This document shows, piece after piece, positions 17,491-27,167 of a stretch of DNA of 64,000 nucleotides. The translations under genes and the position numbers were made by a program. The notes under the pieces are model-generated. The model was not told where the DNA came from. It ran no database searches and saw only the letters and a program-made list of their open reading frames with translations. The DNA lies in NCBI GenBank assembly GCA_041664925.1, contig JBAYJV010000001.1, positions 125,845-189,844 of the forward strand. The letters run 5' to 3'. The number at the start of each line of letters is the position of its first letter. Within the stretch, counting starts at the first letter, position 1. The stretch comes from Minisyncoccota bacterium. GTDB taxonomy: Bacteria; Patescibacteriota; Minisyncoccia; JBAYJV01.

Positions 17491-18086
17491 ATCTCTCCGA
17501 GAATTTTATTAATATCAAGCGAAGGAAATCGCCTGACAAGATGAGGCAGAGCAAGAAAAGTCGCTTCTCTTGACGGTCCTTCTTTGATTGTATTAAACAC
17601 CCTTCGAATCCATTCCTCCAATGGCACCAATTCAACTCGAATTACTTCATTCTTGTCGAAAGAGCCATCTTGCCACTGCTTACACCCAAGGGCTAGAAAA
17701 AGACTGCAACGAGTTTGAGAATTGCGGACTGAGAGAGGTAAGATGCCAAGAGCAATAACTTCTTGTGCATCATATCCGCCCTCTTCTCGAAGTTCTCTTC
17801 TGGCAACCTCTTCAGGAGATTCTCCTCCATCTACATCGTCATTCCCCCCTGTCAATACTTGTAAGGTTTCGTCTACTCCCTGGTAATACTGCCAGGTAGT
17901 CACTACCATACCGTCCTCTGTGACAGCCATGGTTACTGACCAGTTCTGTTGGTCATAAAAAATCCAAGTTTCGACCTTTTCGGTAATCGGATGTATTAAT
18001 ACAACCCTAGACAACCTCTTGCCACGAGAAATCGCTAGTATGGTTTCGCTCGATACTGAATCTCTCACGTAAAGTTTTCCTGACAT
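17487..18086 (-). CDS. NUDIX hydrolase
   Basis: Nudix box GGESPEEVARRELREEGG. The start was placed at an internal Met (MSGKLYV), so it abuts the upstream IMPase gene end. Confidence 0.7.
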   Translation of the reverse strand: MSGKLYVRDSVSSETILAISRGKRLSRVVLIHPITEKVETWIFYDQQNWSVTMAVTEDGMVVTTWQYYQGVDETLQVLTGGNDDVDGGESPEEVARRELREEGGYDAQEVIALGILPLSVRNSQTRCSLFLALGCKQWQDGSFDKNEVIRVELVPLEEWIRRVFNTIKEGPSREATFLALPHLVRRFPSLDINKILGEI

Positions 18087-19039
18087 TATTCCACGCTCCT
18101 TCCGTAGTCTTCCACCAACCACTTAGTTAGTTCTTCAACTAATCTTGGATTTCCGGCGATAAAACCAGTTGTTTTGTGTCCGGGATTATAATGCCTAACT
18201 TCTGGCTTATCGAGCAAATTGATTTTCCCACCAACAATTTCATAGAGCTGGACTTTACCACCAGCTTCCTCAACCAGAGGATAGCCAGCAGCCCAATCCC
18301 ATGGCATCTGCGGTGCTTGAACAAAAGCGTCAACTCTTCCGCTAGCAACAAGCGCCAAGCCAAGAGCACAAGATCCCATACTATTAGCCGTCCGCGATTT
18401 GCTAGCTGCTTTGTTTAATAACCTACTAAAAACAGCGATCCTTGGAATGTCAATGCCGTAAGCAATTACACTTTCTTCGATTGCTTTGTCGGAAGCCACA
18501 CAAGCCCTTCTAGTTTCTCTAGGATTTCCTAGAGCTACATAAACACCTTTGCCGCGCCTGCCAAAAACAAGTAATCCGCCTTTTATTTCAGGAGCATAAA
18601 TCACGCCTAACTGATGAACGCCATGCTCCATGGTGCCGATTGAAACCGAATATTCGTAGAGATCTCTGGCATATTGGGCAGTTCCATCGAGAGGATCAAC
18701 ACAAAAAACCAGTTCAATATCTAAGATGCTTGCATAGTTCTCAGGCGTTAAAACTTGTTTATCGGCATCACTCTCTTCTGTTTTTTCTTCGACTAAGAAA
18801 AATGCTTGAGGAAAACTCAATCTTTCCAAAATTAAATCCTGAGATCTAAGATCGGCATTTGTAACCAGATTATGAATCGAACCGCCTGCCTTACGCTGAC
18901 TTTCTCTGACAAAATTCGGATCAATAATTGCGTGAGCAGCGTCTAGCCCAGCTTTCACCATGTGATAGAGAAACCCATCTTCAATCTGAACAAGTTGCAG
19001 ACTCAAATCTTCAGTCCTTAATTGATTTCTTTCTGCCAT
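18086..19039 (-). CDS. inositol monophosphatase family protein (IMPase/CysQ/SuhB-like)
   Basis: 317 aa with VDPLDGT and WDWAAG motifs. Confidence 0.75.
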   Translation of the reverse strand: MAERNQLRTEDLSLQLVQIEDGFLYHMVKAGLDAAHAIIDPNFVRESQRKAGGSIHNLVTNADLRSQDLILERLSFPQAFFLVEEKTEESDADKQVLTPENYASILDIELVFCVDPLDGTAQYARDLYEYSVSIGTMEHGVHQLGVIYAPEIKGGLLVFGRRGKGVYVALGNPRETRRACVASDKAIEESVIAYGIDIPRIAVFSRLLNKAASKSRTANSMGSCALGLALVASGRVDAFVQAPQMPWDWAAGYPLVEEAGGKVQLYEIVGGKINLLDKPEVRHYNPGHKTTGFIAGNPRLVEELTKWLVEDYGRSVE

Positions 19040-19046
19040 TTTTTCT

Positions 19047-19107
19047 CTCCTTTTTTCTTTTTAAAGAACCGCCGTTATCCTATCAAAATTATTTACAAAA
19101 GTCAATG
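19047..19107 (-). promoter_or_regulatory. duplicated promoter/5'UTR module, copy 2 (upstream of the IMPase gene)
   Basis: Near-identical to 15664..15723. It is followed by an RBS and the ATG at 19039. Confidence 0.6.
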
Positions 19108-19159
19108 ATTGGAATAAAAAAATGACTGGCATGAGTCAATCATTTTTTGTTATTTTTCC

Positions 19160-19206
19160 TCGAGATTCTTCCCCTGTACCATACGGCACAGGATCAGAAT
19201 GACATG
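19160..19206 (-). other. conserved stem-loop element, copy Y (in the 3'UTR of hpf)
   Basis: The minus-strand reading is UGUCAUUCUGAUCCUGUGCC, loop GUAU, GGUACAGGGGAAGAAUCUCGAGG. Flanks are identical to element X at 57516..57560. The stem differs but pairing is preserved (8 bp with one G.U). Confidence 0.5.
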
Positions 19207-19265
19207 CTGCAGAGCCGAATAATCCTGCAACTTTTCACTTTAAACTTTAAATTTTTAATTTACTC

Positions 19266-19676
19266 TTACATCCCTTCTTCTCTGTCTCTTTTTCTTAAAT
19301 TTCTCATAAAAGATAAGGGCGAAAGATGGGTTAAGAGTTTCCATTTTCTCGCTTGTCTCAGTTCTTTCGAAGAAAACTTATCTTTATAATGTTTTAATTC
19401 TCTAGTAATTCTTGATTCCATTTTATCAATCGCTTCGTAGAGATTTTCCGCTCTTTCTTCTTCGTGAATTGTTCTGTTCTTAAGAACAATATCAATTTTT
19501 GATTCAAAATAGTTCCCCTTATTGTGGTGTTGGCTTGTTTTTTCAAGCTCAATCCAAACTTCCTGTTTTCCCGGAGCATAACTGACAAGTTTTTTTACAT
19601 TTTTAAGTCTCTTGTCTAGATAATTTTGGATAGCAGGAGTCATTTCAAAGCCAGTAGTGTTAACATGGATGTTCAT
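19266..19676 (-). CDS. hpf: ribosome hibernation-promoting factor (RaiA/HPF family)
   Basis: MNIHVNTTGFEMTPAIQNYLDKRLKNVKKL matches the HPF N-terminus (MNIxITGhnvEiTpAlrdYvekKl). The start was set at Met codon 8 of the listed ORF. Confidence 0.75.
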   Translation of the reverse strand: MNIHVNTTGFEMTPAIQNYLDKRLKNVKKLVSYAPGKQEVWIELEKTSQHHNKGNYFESKIDIVLKNRTIHEEERAENLYEAIDKMESRITRELKHYKDKFSSKELRQARKWKLLTHLSPLSFMRNLRKRDREEGM

Positions 19677-19841
19677 AAATTTAAAAACAAAATACAAATA
19701 CTTATTTTTAAATAAATTCGAAACACGAAACTCGAAATCCTAAACAATGCCTAAATTCAAACATTTTAAATTCAAAACGGTTTAATATTTTGGATTTAGA
19801 TATTTAAATTTGTTTCGAATTTCGAAATTCAATATTCGGAT

Positions 19842-21596
19842 TTACGACTTAATGTCAGTACTTATTTTATAAAAGTCTCTTTCCCGATTATTGATAACAT
19901 AGACGCTTTTCCAATCTCTTCCTGAAGAAACAAATTCTTCCCCGGTTATATTAAGCCAGTGTTTTTGTCCTGACCCATCAATTTCGTAAACTCTTTTATC
20001 TCCATCAGCTCTTACAAAATTACTTTCCTGATAGCGATTTAATTCTGACAAAGAAATTTCTTTAACTAAAGCCCAGTTTAAGTGTCCATAAAAACTAAAG
20101 ATTTTGTCAGATAAAATATGGCGCCTGTAATTACCATTAATTATATAAACTTTATAATCATCTTTTGCCCTGACAAGGTCACCATCTTGAATGAAAGATG
20201 ATTGAGCTTGGTTGGACGAATTAATAACAGATAGCGTTGAAGTTGGAACCGATTCTGTTTCCTGATTGCTCGTAACCGAAAGACTGAAATTATTATAATC
20301 TAAAGTTTCGTCTTGATAGTGACTATTATAAATTAAATAAGGCATGATAACAATTTTTTTAAGATCACCGCCTAGGCGATGCATTGTAATTTCTCCGGTT
20401 TTGCCGTCAGAAAAATTCCAATCGGATACGAAGTAATTTCCCGCCGAATCCATTTTTAAAATTTTCGCTCTGAACTCTCCTCTGGCAGCACTGCCATTAA
20501 AACTAATAACGACTTCGTTGTTGGTATCTTTTTTGGCAGCAATTTCATACCACAAAGGCATCCATTCTTTTATGAGACCAGATCTTAAAATAGCAAGACC
20601 AGGAAAAACTTCGTATTGTGCAGTTGGAGAAACATGGAGATTGCGAAGAAAATAATTTAGAAAACCATACTCAACCTCTTGGCGAGCATCGTTTAAATAA
20701 AGACTAATCATCCAATCGCCAAAGATTTTCGTGAAATCATTGCTTCCCCCAGCGGTACGGAGAGCATTGTTTATACTATCAATACCGACATCGCTATTTC
20801 TTGTCAATTGACTGAAAAAACCATTACCATAGTGATCCGCGAAATATTGTGCAAGCAGATTTATCGGAAGATAATCATAAAGTCTTCCACGCCATTCAGT
20901 TAATGGATCTGAGGGATATTGAAGAAACTTTTCAATCCTTGCTTTTAGATTTGAATTATTATAATCCTCAGTATCATATCCTAAAAATGTTGAAACATAT
21001 TCGCCCCTAAGTTCATTAAGCCAAATGTCTTCAGTTTTAGTTTGAATTCTTTCTTTTTGATTATAGGTAATTAAGTGTTGGAATTCGTGAGCAACATAAC
21101 TTTTGAGTTCCTGATCAAATAAAAAGTCAGCGCTTAAATATATCATTTCTCTTACATTTGAAGCGCTATTTTGCGAAAGAGTCATTTCGTCGGCAGCATT
21201 AAAATATCCTCCCACGCCATCAGTTAGCTTGGTAAAGAAAATGGTAATTCTAGGATCATTGTCAATTCCAGGGTTCCAAATATCCCCAAGAAGCTGTGTT
21301 AATTTTGGATAAATTTCTTGATCAAAGCTTTTTCCCAATTTTTTTATTATTTCTTTAAGTTGATTTTTTTGCTCGAGAGAAAGTGTGTCTAAATAATCAT
21401 CCTCTATGTAATAGTAAGCTCTGTCAGATTCATAATATGATTGCGCTGTTATTTCTTCGCGATTCGTAAAATCATAATAGCTATCAACAAAAAATTTAGT
21501 ACTAGCTGCGCTTACAGAAACTGGAAGAAAATTAAAAGCCAAGCCCAGAAAAAGGGCTATTAATAAAATCTTAAGTTTTGAAAATATTCTTTTCAT
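19842..21596 (-). CDS. secreted zinc metallopeptidase-like protein (HExxH, downstream E) with C-terminal surface-anchor-like module
   Basis: 584 aa with a signal peptide. AHEFQHL...E is a gluzincin-like motif. The C-terminal ~120 aa (DGDLVRAKDDYKVYIING...RADGDKRVYEID...KHWL) is shared with two other secreted proteins in the window. Confidence 0.5.
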   Translation of the reverse strand: MKRIFSKLKILLIALFLGLAFNFLPVSVSAASTKFFVDSYYDFTNREEITAQSYYESDRAYYYIEDDYLDTLSLEQKNQLKEIIKKLGKSFDQEIYPKLTQLLGDIWNPGIDNDPRITIFFTKLTDGVGGYFNAADEMTLSQNSASNVREMIYLSADFLFDQELKSYVAHEFQHLITYNQKERIQTKTEDIWLNELRGEYVSTFLGYDTEDYNNSNLKARIEKFLQYPSDPLTEWRGRLYDYLPINLLAQYFADHYGNGFFSQLTRNSDVGIDSINNALRTAGGSNDFTKIFGDWMISLYLNDARQEVEYGFLNYFLRNLHVSPTAQYEVFPGLAILRSGLIKEWMPLWYEIAAKKDTNNEVVISFNGSAARGEFRAKILKMDSAGNYFVSDWNFSDGKTGEITMHRLGGDLKKIVIMPYLIYNSHYQDETLDYNNFSLSVTSNQETESVPTSTLSVINSSNQAQSSFIQDGDLVRAKDDYKVYIINGNYRRHILSDKIFSFYGHLNWALVKEISLSELNRYQESNFVRADGDKRVYEIDGSGQKHWLNITGEEFVSSGRDWKSVYVINNRERDFYKISTDIKS

Positions 21597-23083
21597 TTGA
21601 AGAATCGTCTCTTTATTTCAATACCCCAAAAAGCAAAAAGAATAGAAGAAATAATCGTGCTTACAAAAAGTATAATTTGAGGTTTTTGGAAAATGGTTTT
21701 TTTAAAGACTCCTGAATTGCTTGTTAATTTTATATCTCTTTGACTGTTTTTCTCTAATTTATTGCTAATTGATTTTGGAAGAATAATTCCCTCATCTGCT
21801 AGAACTTTTTTAATTTCAAAAATATTATCAATGTCGGCTGTAGTTGGAATATTGACCTGTTTTTTAAAATCTGCGCCCAAAACAACTTTAGATGAAACTT
21901 TTTTTGAGGCAACAGTACTGGCAAAAATAATTACCTGGTTTTTTGAATTAGATAGTACGCTATCCTCAACTTTTTTATCGAGAATACTTGTTTTATTGGT
22001 ATTCTTCTCGTCTAGGTAAATAATATTGCTAAATCCTGGGGTTGGGACAAGTGTCCAAAAAAACTTTTCATCTTTTCTAGCCGCAGACATTCCTAGTTTT
22101 GGCTTTTCGTAACTTACCTCATCCGCTAATTCTCCAGAGGGATATGAAAGACGGATTTTGTCTTTATCATTGTTTAAGGTGATTTTTGTAAGCGGTCTTG
22201 GCAATACCAAAAAAGTATTTGGCAAAACAAGGGTATTTTTGGGAAAAATAAAACGATGGCTACTTGTTCCTTCGTCGGCAATTTCCCATCCCGAAATATC
22301 AGCCAAATAACTGGAAAAATTACCAATTTCAATCCATTCATTTTTTTCTTCTTCCGTCAAAGGATCAGGTAAAAATTCGGATATAAAAATCGCCTGCGGA
22401 TAGACATTGACAATTAATGTATCAATGCTAGTAGATTTCCCGTCACCAACCTCAAGACTTACCACATATTTTCCAGATAATTCGTAAAAATGATCAATGC
22501 TCGTTCCTTCTTTAGAATTTCCATCTCCAAAATTCCAAAAATAAACCAGTTCGTCGTGGTCAGGATCAAAAGATTGAGAGCCATCAAAATGGACTGTTGT
22601 TGCAACATTCGTAACAATATCTTGACCCGCTTCTGCTATTGGTCGCTGATTAGCAGAACCACCACTCGTTTGAGAAGTAGAAGTCGCTGTTGAAATTGAC
22701 CCTGTTTCGGAAGTCGTAGTGGCGGTTGATGAGTCAGTAGAGGTACTCGTTGAAGGAACTTGTGGTGAGCTTGTTGAACTAACACACGCTAATCCTTCCT
22801 GTTTTATCTTAGTAAGCGTTGTTTCACCAATACCACTGACTCTTAATAAATCGTCTAATGAAGTAAAAAGCGATATATTTCTTTCCGCAATAATCTTTTC
22901 CACTGTTACGGGACCTATCTGTGTGATTTTATCTAAATTATCTGCTGGCGCCTGATTAATATTGATTTGACCCTGAAGGCATTCAGCAAAAACTTTATTA
23001 AATAAAACAAGACTGCTCACGAAAACCGCCAAAATGAGCAGAAGTTTGCAGGTTTTAACTTTAAACATTGAAACTCTTGGCAA
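21593..23083 (-). CDS. ComEA-like helix-hairpin-helix DNA-binding domain fused to a PKD domain and a lamin-tail domain (LTD), surface protein
   Basis: 496 aa. N-terminal signal/anchor, then ININQAPADNLDKITQIGPVTVEKII...VSGIGETTLTKIK (ComEA HhH pair). A Ser/Thr-rich linker follows, then a PKD-like FDGSQSFDPDHDELVYFWNFGDG, then an LTD (ISEFLPDP...EWIEIGNFS...ISGWEI). Confidence 0.65.
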   Translation of the reverse strand: MPRVSMFKVKTCKLLLILAVFVSSLVLFNKVFAECLQGQININQAPADNLDKITQIGPVTVEKIIAERNISLFTSLDDLLRVSGIGETTLTKIKQEGLACVSSTSSPQVPSTSTSTDSSTATTTSETGSISTATSTSQTSGGSANQRPIAEAGQDIVTNVATTVHFDGSQSFDPDHDELVYFWNFGDGNSKEGTSIDHFYELSGKYVVSLEVGDGKSTSIDTLIVNVYPQAIFISEFLPDPLTEEEKNEWIEIGNFSSYLADISGWEIADEGTSSHRFIFPKNTLVLPNTFLVLPRPLTKITLNNDKDKIRLSYPSGELADEVSYEKPKLGMSAARKDEKFFWTLVPTPGFSNIIYLDEKNTNKTSILDKKVEDSVLSNSKNQVIIFASTVASKKVSSKVVLGADFKKQVNIPTTADIDNIFEIKKVLADEGIILPKSISNKLEKNSQRDIKLTSNSGVFKKTIFQKPQIILFVSTIISSILFAFWGIEIKRRFFK

Positions 23084-23105
23084 TTTTAATTATGGAAACC
23101 TAAAA

Positions 23106-23137
23106 CAGAAAATACCTGCCTGCCGGTAGGCAGGTAA
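23106..23137 (-). terminator. intrinsic terminator downstream of 23139..23444
   Basis: ACCTGCCTG, CCGG, TAGGCAGGT hairpin with a U-run on the minus strand. The hairpin sequence recurs at 59137..59155. Confidence 0.6.
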
Positions 23138-23138
23138 A

Positions 23139-23444
23139 TTATTTTTTATCCTTCTGAATTTCACTTAAGAGTCCCTGGATCTCTTCTTTATTTTCTTCAA
23201 ATAATTGTTTGAGTTCGTCTTTGTGTTTTAATAGCGCAGGCAAACTATCAAGTTGAAGTTTTTGAAGGGTTGGGTGTTTGGCAATAAATTCTTTAAATTT
23301 CTTTTCCATTTTAATCATATCAGCCGCAGTGATTCCTGAAATATCAACATTGAGCTGGGCGTGATCTAGTCCCATATTTTTCATTTGTTTTTGAATTCTT
23401 TTTTGAAGAATTTTATCTAGAAGACTCATGATATTAAATTTCAT
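23139..23444 (-). CDS. hypothetical small helical protein
   Basis: 101 aa, Lys/Glu-rich. It starts 1 nt inside the stop of the upstream gene. Confidence 0.4.
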   Translation of the reverse strand: MKFNIMSLLDKILQKRIQKQMKNMGLDHAQLNVDISGITAADMIKMEKKFKEFIAKHPTLQKLQLDSLPALLKHKDELKQLFEENKEEIQGLLSEIQKDKK

Positions 23445-25657
23445 TACATATTATCAAGTTTAATGTTAAACATAGTTTCCATATCTTTTTTTATATCGGG
23501 ACTAACTTTAACCGCCTCTTTAAGATAATATACGAATTTATCATTGTTTTTGAGATTGCCGTAAAGGCCAGCTAAAATTAATCGTGGATAACTCCAATTG
23601 GTTTCAACTTTTTCTAGTCTTTCAAAAATACCAACGAACCACTGAGTATCTCCTTGGGTCAAAAAATCAGCTCTAATAAGATTTGTCCAAGGAAATCTAT
23701 CAAAAATACTTAACGCTCTCGACAATAACAAACGGCCATTAATAGAGTCTTTTACTATAAAATGAATTCTTGCTGCCTCCCAGAAGGAACGATAATAATG
23801 AAGATTAAGCATCATTGCTTTGTCTAAGTAATTGCCAACATCTTCAAATTTCTGTTTCTGTAAAGATATCAGCGCTAAGCTGTAATAACTATCAAACTTG
23901 TTTGGCGCTTTTTTTAAATAATCTAGATAAATATTTTCGGCTCGATTGAGATTATTGCTATCGAATTCGTAACCGGTTAAGTAAAGCTGCGCTAAAATCA
24001 GGCTATTTTTTAGATCGTGAGGATTCTCTCTATAAATTTTTTCCTCTTCTTTTATTACAAAATCGAGATATGGTTTTAATTTTTCCTTACCTGAATTTGA
24101 ACGAATTGTGCCAAGCGGCTTATACATTTCAGACAAGATTTCTCGGTTGCCAAATGTATTTAAGCCAAGAGCTAAGCGATAAACTGGTAAAACTTTTTCA
24201 GCACTTTGTCCTGTATATTCCATTTTTAGTGCAACCAATCCTTGTTTTGCCGCCATTAAGGGACGAACATTGCCCTTAATAAAACAAAATCCCAGAATCA
24301 AGCTACCTACTATAAATACCACCAAACATAAAGATTCTTGAGAATCCTTCTCTTTTTTTTCTGGCTTTTCAGTCATTAAAATAAAACCGGTAAAACCCAA
24401 AATCGTGTACCACCATAAATAAGATGCTTGAAAATCAAACAAAAACAAAAGCCCAACGATGTAAGCAAAAACTAGAGCTATTAGAGCAAAAGCGCTTTCT
24501 CCCAATACATTGCGCCTTTTCCAAAAAGCATATATAACTACCCCAAAAATTGATAGGTAACCACACAATCCAACCAACCCTGAATCAACCATAACTTCGA
24601 TAATTTTGTTATGCGGTTTATCAAACCAAACGTCTTCAAAAGAAGCTGTTTGAGGTTTATAGTACGGCGCAAATAAAAATCCCTGAGAACCAATTCCCCA
24701 GCCCATAATCGGTCGATCTTTCCATTCACTAAGCGCAATGTTCCAGACTACTCCGCGAGTTTCAAGAGAAAGGCTACTAGAAAAAACATTAAGCCTTTGC
24801 GGTAAAATTTTTGTAATTTTCCAATCCGGATGAGAAAAGATAAATGCAAGAAGTCCAATAGAAATTACGATTCCTCCAAAAATACTAATATAAATTCTTC
24901 TTTTTTTTGAAAATAAACTTGAAAGGATTAAGAAAATAATTACTCCGACAAAAACAGATAAAATCGCTCCCCTGGTCCCGCTAATAAAAATTGCAAAAAC
25001 TCCAAAAAACCCATTGAGTATATAAAAAATGCGCCACCAAAAATTCTTATCAGAGAAAAACAAAAAAGCTGCCAAAAAGAATTGAAAGACTGCTTGAACA
25101 CCCATATATGTAGCATTACCAAGCGTTGAAAAAGCCCTGTCTCCGCCAAATTGAGCCAAATAGGATAAACCCATTTTCTGAAGCAGTCCCAGAAAGTCTA
25201 TTAATAGAAATGATCCTAATAAAAATCTAAGAAAATTGAGCCAATCTTTCTTTTTTCTCAACACATTAATGAGTAAAAAAGCATACGCCCCAAAATGATA
25301 AAGATTGAAGAGTCCGTCCATTCTCTCATAGTTTGTCCAGAGGCTGAATATTTTATCAATTCCAAAAATACTTGATATCGTAACAATGCCAAAATAAACA
25401 AGAATCGTCCAATTTAAAACGCTAAACCTAGGACGATAATCTTTACTAAACAGATTTAAAAGTAAGTAAAGAAAAAATACTATTTCAACTAATATTTGAA
25501 AAGCGAGCGCCTTTCCTACTACAAAAGGGAAATAAGTTGAAGCACTTATAATGAGGGGTGTTAAAAGACAAAGACTTAGTCCGCCCAAGATAAGATAATA
25601 TAATTTCCTTGCAATTCCTTGGTTTCCTAGTTGATTTTTCTGATCAGGTGAAGACAT
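23444..25657 (-). CDS. O-antigen ligase (Wzy_C/WaaL-like) family membrane protein with C-terminal TPR repeats
   Basis: 737 aa with about 12 TM helices and an ISGTRGAILS motif typical of the Wzy_C domain. The C-terminal ~280 aa are TPR-like. Confidence 0.6.
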   Translation of the reverse strand: MSSPDQKNQLGNQGIARKLYYLILGGLSLCLLTPLIISASTYFPFVVGKALAFQILVEIVFFLYLLLNLFSKDYRPRFSVLNWTILVYFGIVTISSIFGIDKIFSLWTNYERMDGLFNLYHFGAYAFLLINVLRKKKDWLNFLRFLLGSFLLIDFLGLLQKMGLSYLAQFGGDRAFSTLGNATYMGVQAVFQFFLAAFLFFSDKNFWWRIFYILNGFFGVFAIFISGTRGAILSVFVGVIIFLILSSLFSKKRRIYISIFGGIVISIGLLAFIFSHPDWKITKILPQRLNVFSSSLSLETRGVVWNIALSEWKDRPIMGWGIGSQGFLFAPYYKPQTASFEDVWFDKPHNKIIEVMVDSGLVGLCGYLSIFGVVIYAFWKRRNVLGESAFALIALVFAYIVGLLFLFDFQASYLWWYTILGFTGFILMTEKPEKKEKDSQESLCLVVFIVGSLILGFCFIKGNVRPLMAAKQGLVALKMEYTGQSAEKVLPVYRLALGLNTFGNREILSEMYKPLGTIRSNSGKEKLKPYLDFVIKEEEKIYRENPHDLKNSLILAQLYLTGYEFDSNNLNRAENIYLDYLKKAPNKFDSYYSLALISLQKQKFEDVGNYLDKAMMLNLHYYRSFWEAARIHFIVKDSINGRLLLSRALSIFDRFPWTNLIRADFLTQGDTQWFVGIFERLEKVETNWSYPRLILAGLYGNLKNNDKFVYYLKEAVKVSPDIKKDMETMFNIKLDNM

Positions 25658-25793
25658 ATTTTGTTTTTAAATAGAAACTCAATATTTACTGCAGAATCAT
25701 TTTACCAAAAAAAATTCATCAAAACAATATGGTTCTTTAGAAAAAACTAGATCAAATATTGAATTTTTGGTAAAAATCGTTAGAATTAGAGCA

Positions 25794-27167
25794 ATGGCAA
25801 AATTAATTAAACAACATAGAACTTTGTTCTTGGTTATTGGAGATTTGGCAATGCTTTATTGCGCTTTATTTTTAACTCTTCTGGTTCGTGGACCTTCAGA
25901 TATCGGATCTATATTGCCAATTCATCTAAGATATTTTAGCATTATTTTTTTGCCTTGGCTTTTGGTTTTGTACATAACAGGACTTGATGATAAAAAATTA
26001 ATCAATAATAAATCTGTCTTTTTCAAAAAACTTGTTCAAGCTACTTTAATAAATGGCGCTATTGCAGTGGCATTTTTTTATCTTTTGCAATCACCCATCA
26101 GTCCGAAGCGAAATCTCTTTTTTGTAATGGTTTTCTTTTGGATACTTTTTTATTTATGGCGCCAGATTTTTTACCTAGCAATCAAGTCAAATTTCCTCAT
26201 GACCAAAGTTGCCTTTGTGGGAATAAATAAAGAAGTGCTTGAAATTATTGATCTTTTGGAAAAAAATCCTCAGTTCGGATATCGAATTGATTTTGTACTG
26301 ACTTCTAAAGAAAATCCGACTATTTCCCTTGTTCCAAAACACATAAATCTTCGCCAAGGACTCTCAAGTTTAAATAATTTACTTGAAACATCTTCTGTTA
26401 ACAAGATCATTGTCGCCATGAATCCTGAAACTAACCCAGTACTTGCAAAAGAACTTTATCATTCGTCCTCCAATATTGAATTCATTTATTTTCCTGATTT
26501 TTATGAACAGATTACTCAAAAAATTCCCATAGAGATGATTAATCGTTTTTGGCTCCAATCAAAAACTACAGAAAAAAGTTATGAATTCTTTAAGAGAATT
26601 TTTGATATAACATTGGCTGCACTTGGAGGTTTAATTTTGGCTGTTTTATTTCCTTTTATTTCTTTGGCTTATATTTTCTCAGATGGTTTTCCTATTACTT
26701 TTACTCAGTCAAGGGTTGGTAGGCACGGAAAAAAATTTAGAATTTATAAACTCAGGACAATGATTAAAGACGCAGAAAGAGAAAGACCTCTTTGGGCTGA
26801 AGAAAACGATGTGAGGGTCACTCGTCTGGGTAGATTTTTGAGAAAATATTATATAGATGAATTTCCTCAGTTTTTGAATATTCTTAAAGGAGAAATGTCT
26901 GTTGTCGGACCTAGGCCTGAACGACCAGAATTTGTTAAGACCCTGGAAAAAGAAATTACTTTTTATCCCCTGAGAAATATGGCCCGACCCGGAGTTACTG
27001 GCTGGGCTCAGGTTAATTCCTTTTACGCAAGATCGGTAGATGATAGCGTAGAAAAAACCCGATATGATCTTTATTATATAAAGAATCATTCTCTGATTTT
27101 TGATATTGAGATAATTTTGCGAACAGTAAAAATGATTTTTTCAAAAAGAGAAAAACAGAATTACTAA
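25794..27167 (+). CDS. undecaprenyl-phosphate sugar phosphotransferase (WbaP/bacterial sugar transferase family), initiating enzyme
   Basis: N-terminal TM segments. The C-terminal domain carries KRIFDI, FRIYKLRTM and VGPRPE motifs. The start was set to the first ATG. Confidence 0.8.
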   Translation: MAKLIKQHRTLFLVIGDLAMLYCALFLTLLVRGPSDIGSILPIHLRYFSIIFLPWLLVLYITGLDDKKLINNKSVFFKKLVQATLINGAIAVAFFYLLQSPISPKRNLFFVMVFFWILFYLWRQIFYLAIKSNFLMTKVAFVGINKEVLEIIDLLEKNPQFGYRIDFVLTSKENPTISLVPKHINLRQGLSSLNNLLETSSVNKIIVAMNPETNPVLAKELYHSSSNIEFIYFPDFYEQITQKIPIEMINRFWLQSKTTEKSYEFFKRIFDITLAALGGLILAVLFPFISLAYIFSDGFPITFTQSRVGRHGKKFRIYKLRTMIKDAERERPLWAEENDVRVTRLGRFLRKYYIDEFPQFLNILKGEMSVVGPRPERPEFVKTLEKEITFYPLRNMARPGVTGWAQVNSFYARSVDDSVEKTRYDLYYIKNHSLIFDIEIILRTVKMIFSKREKQNY

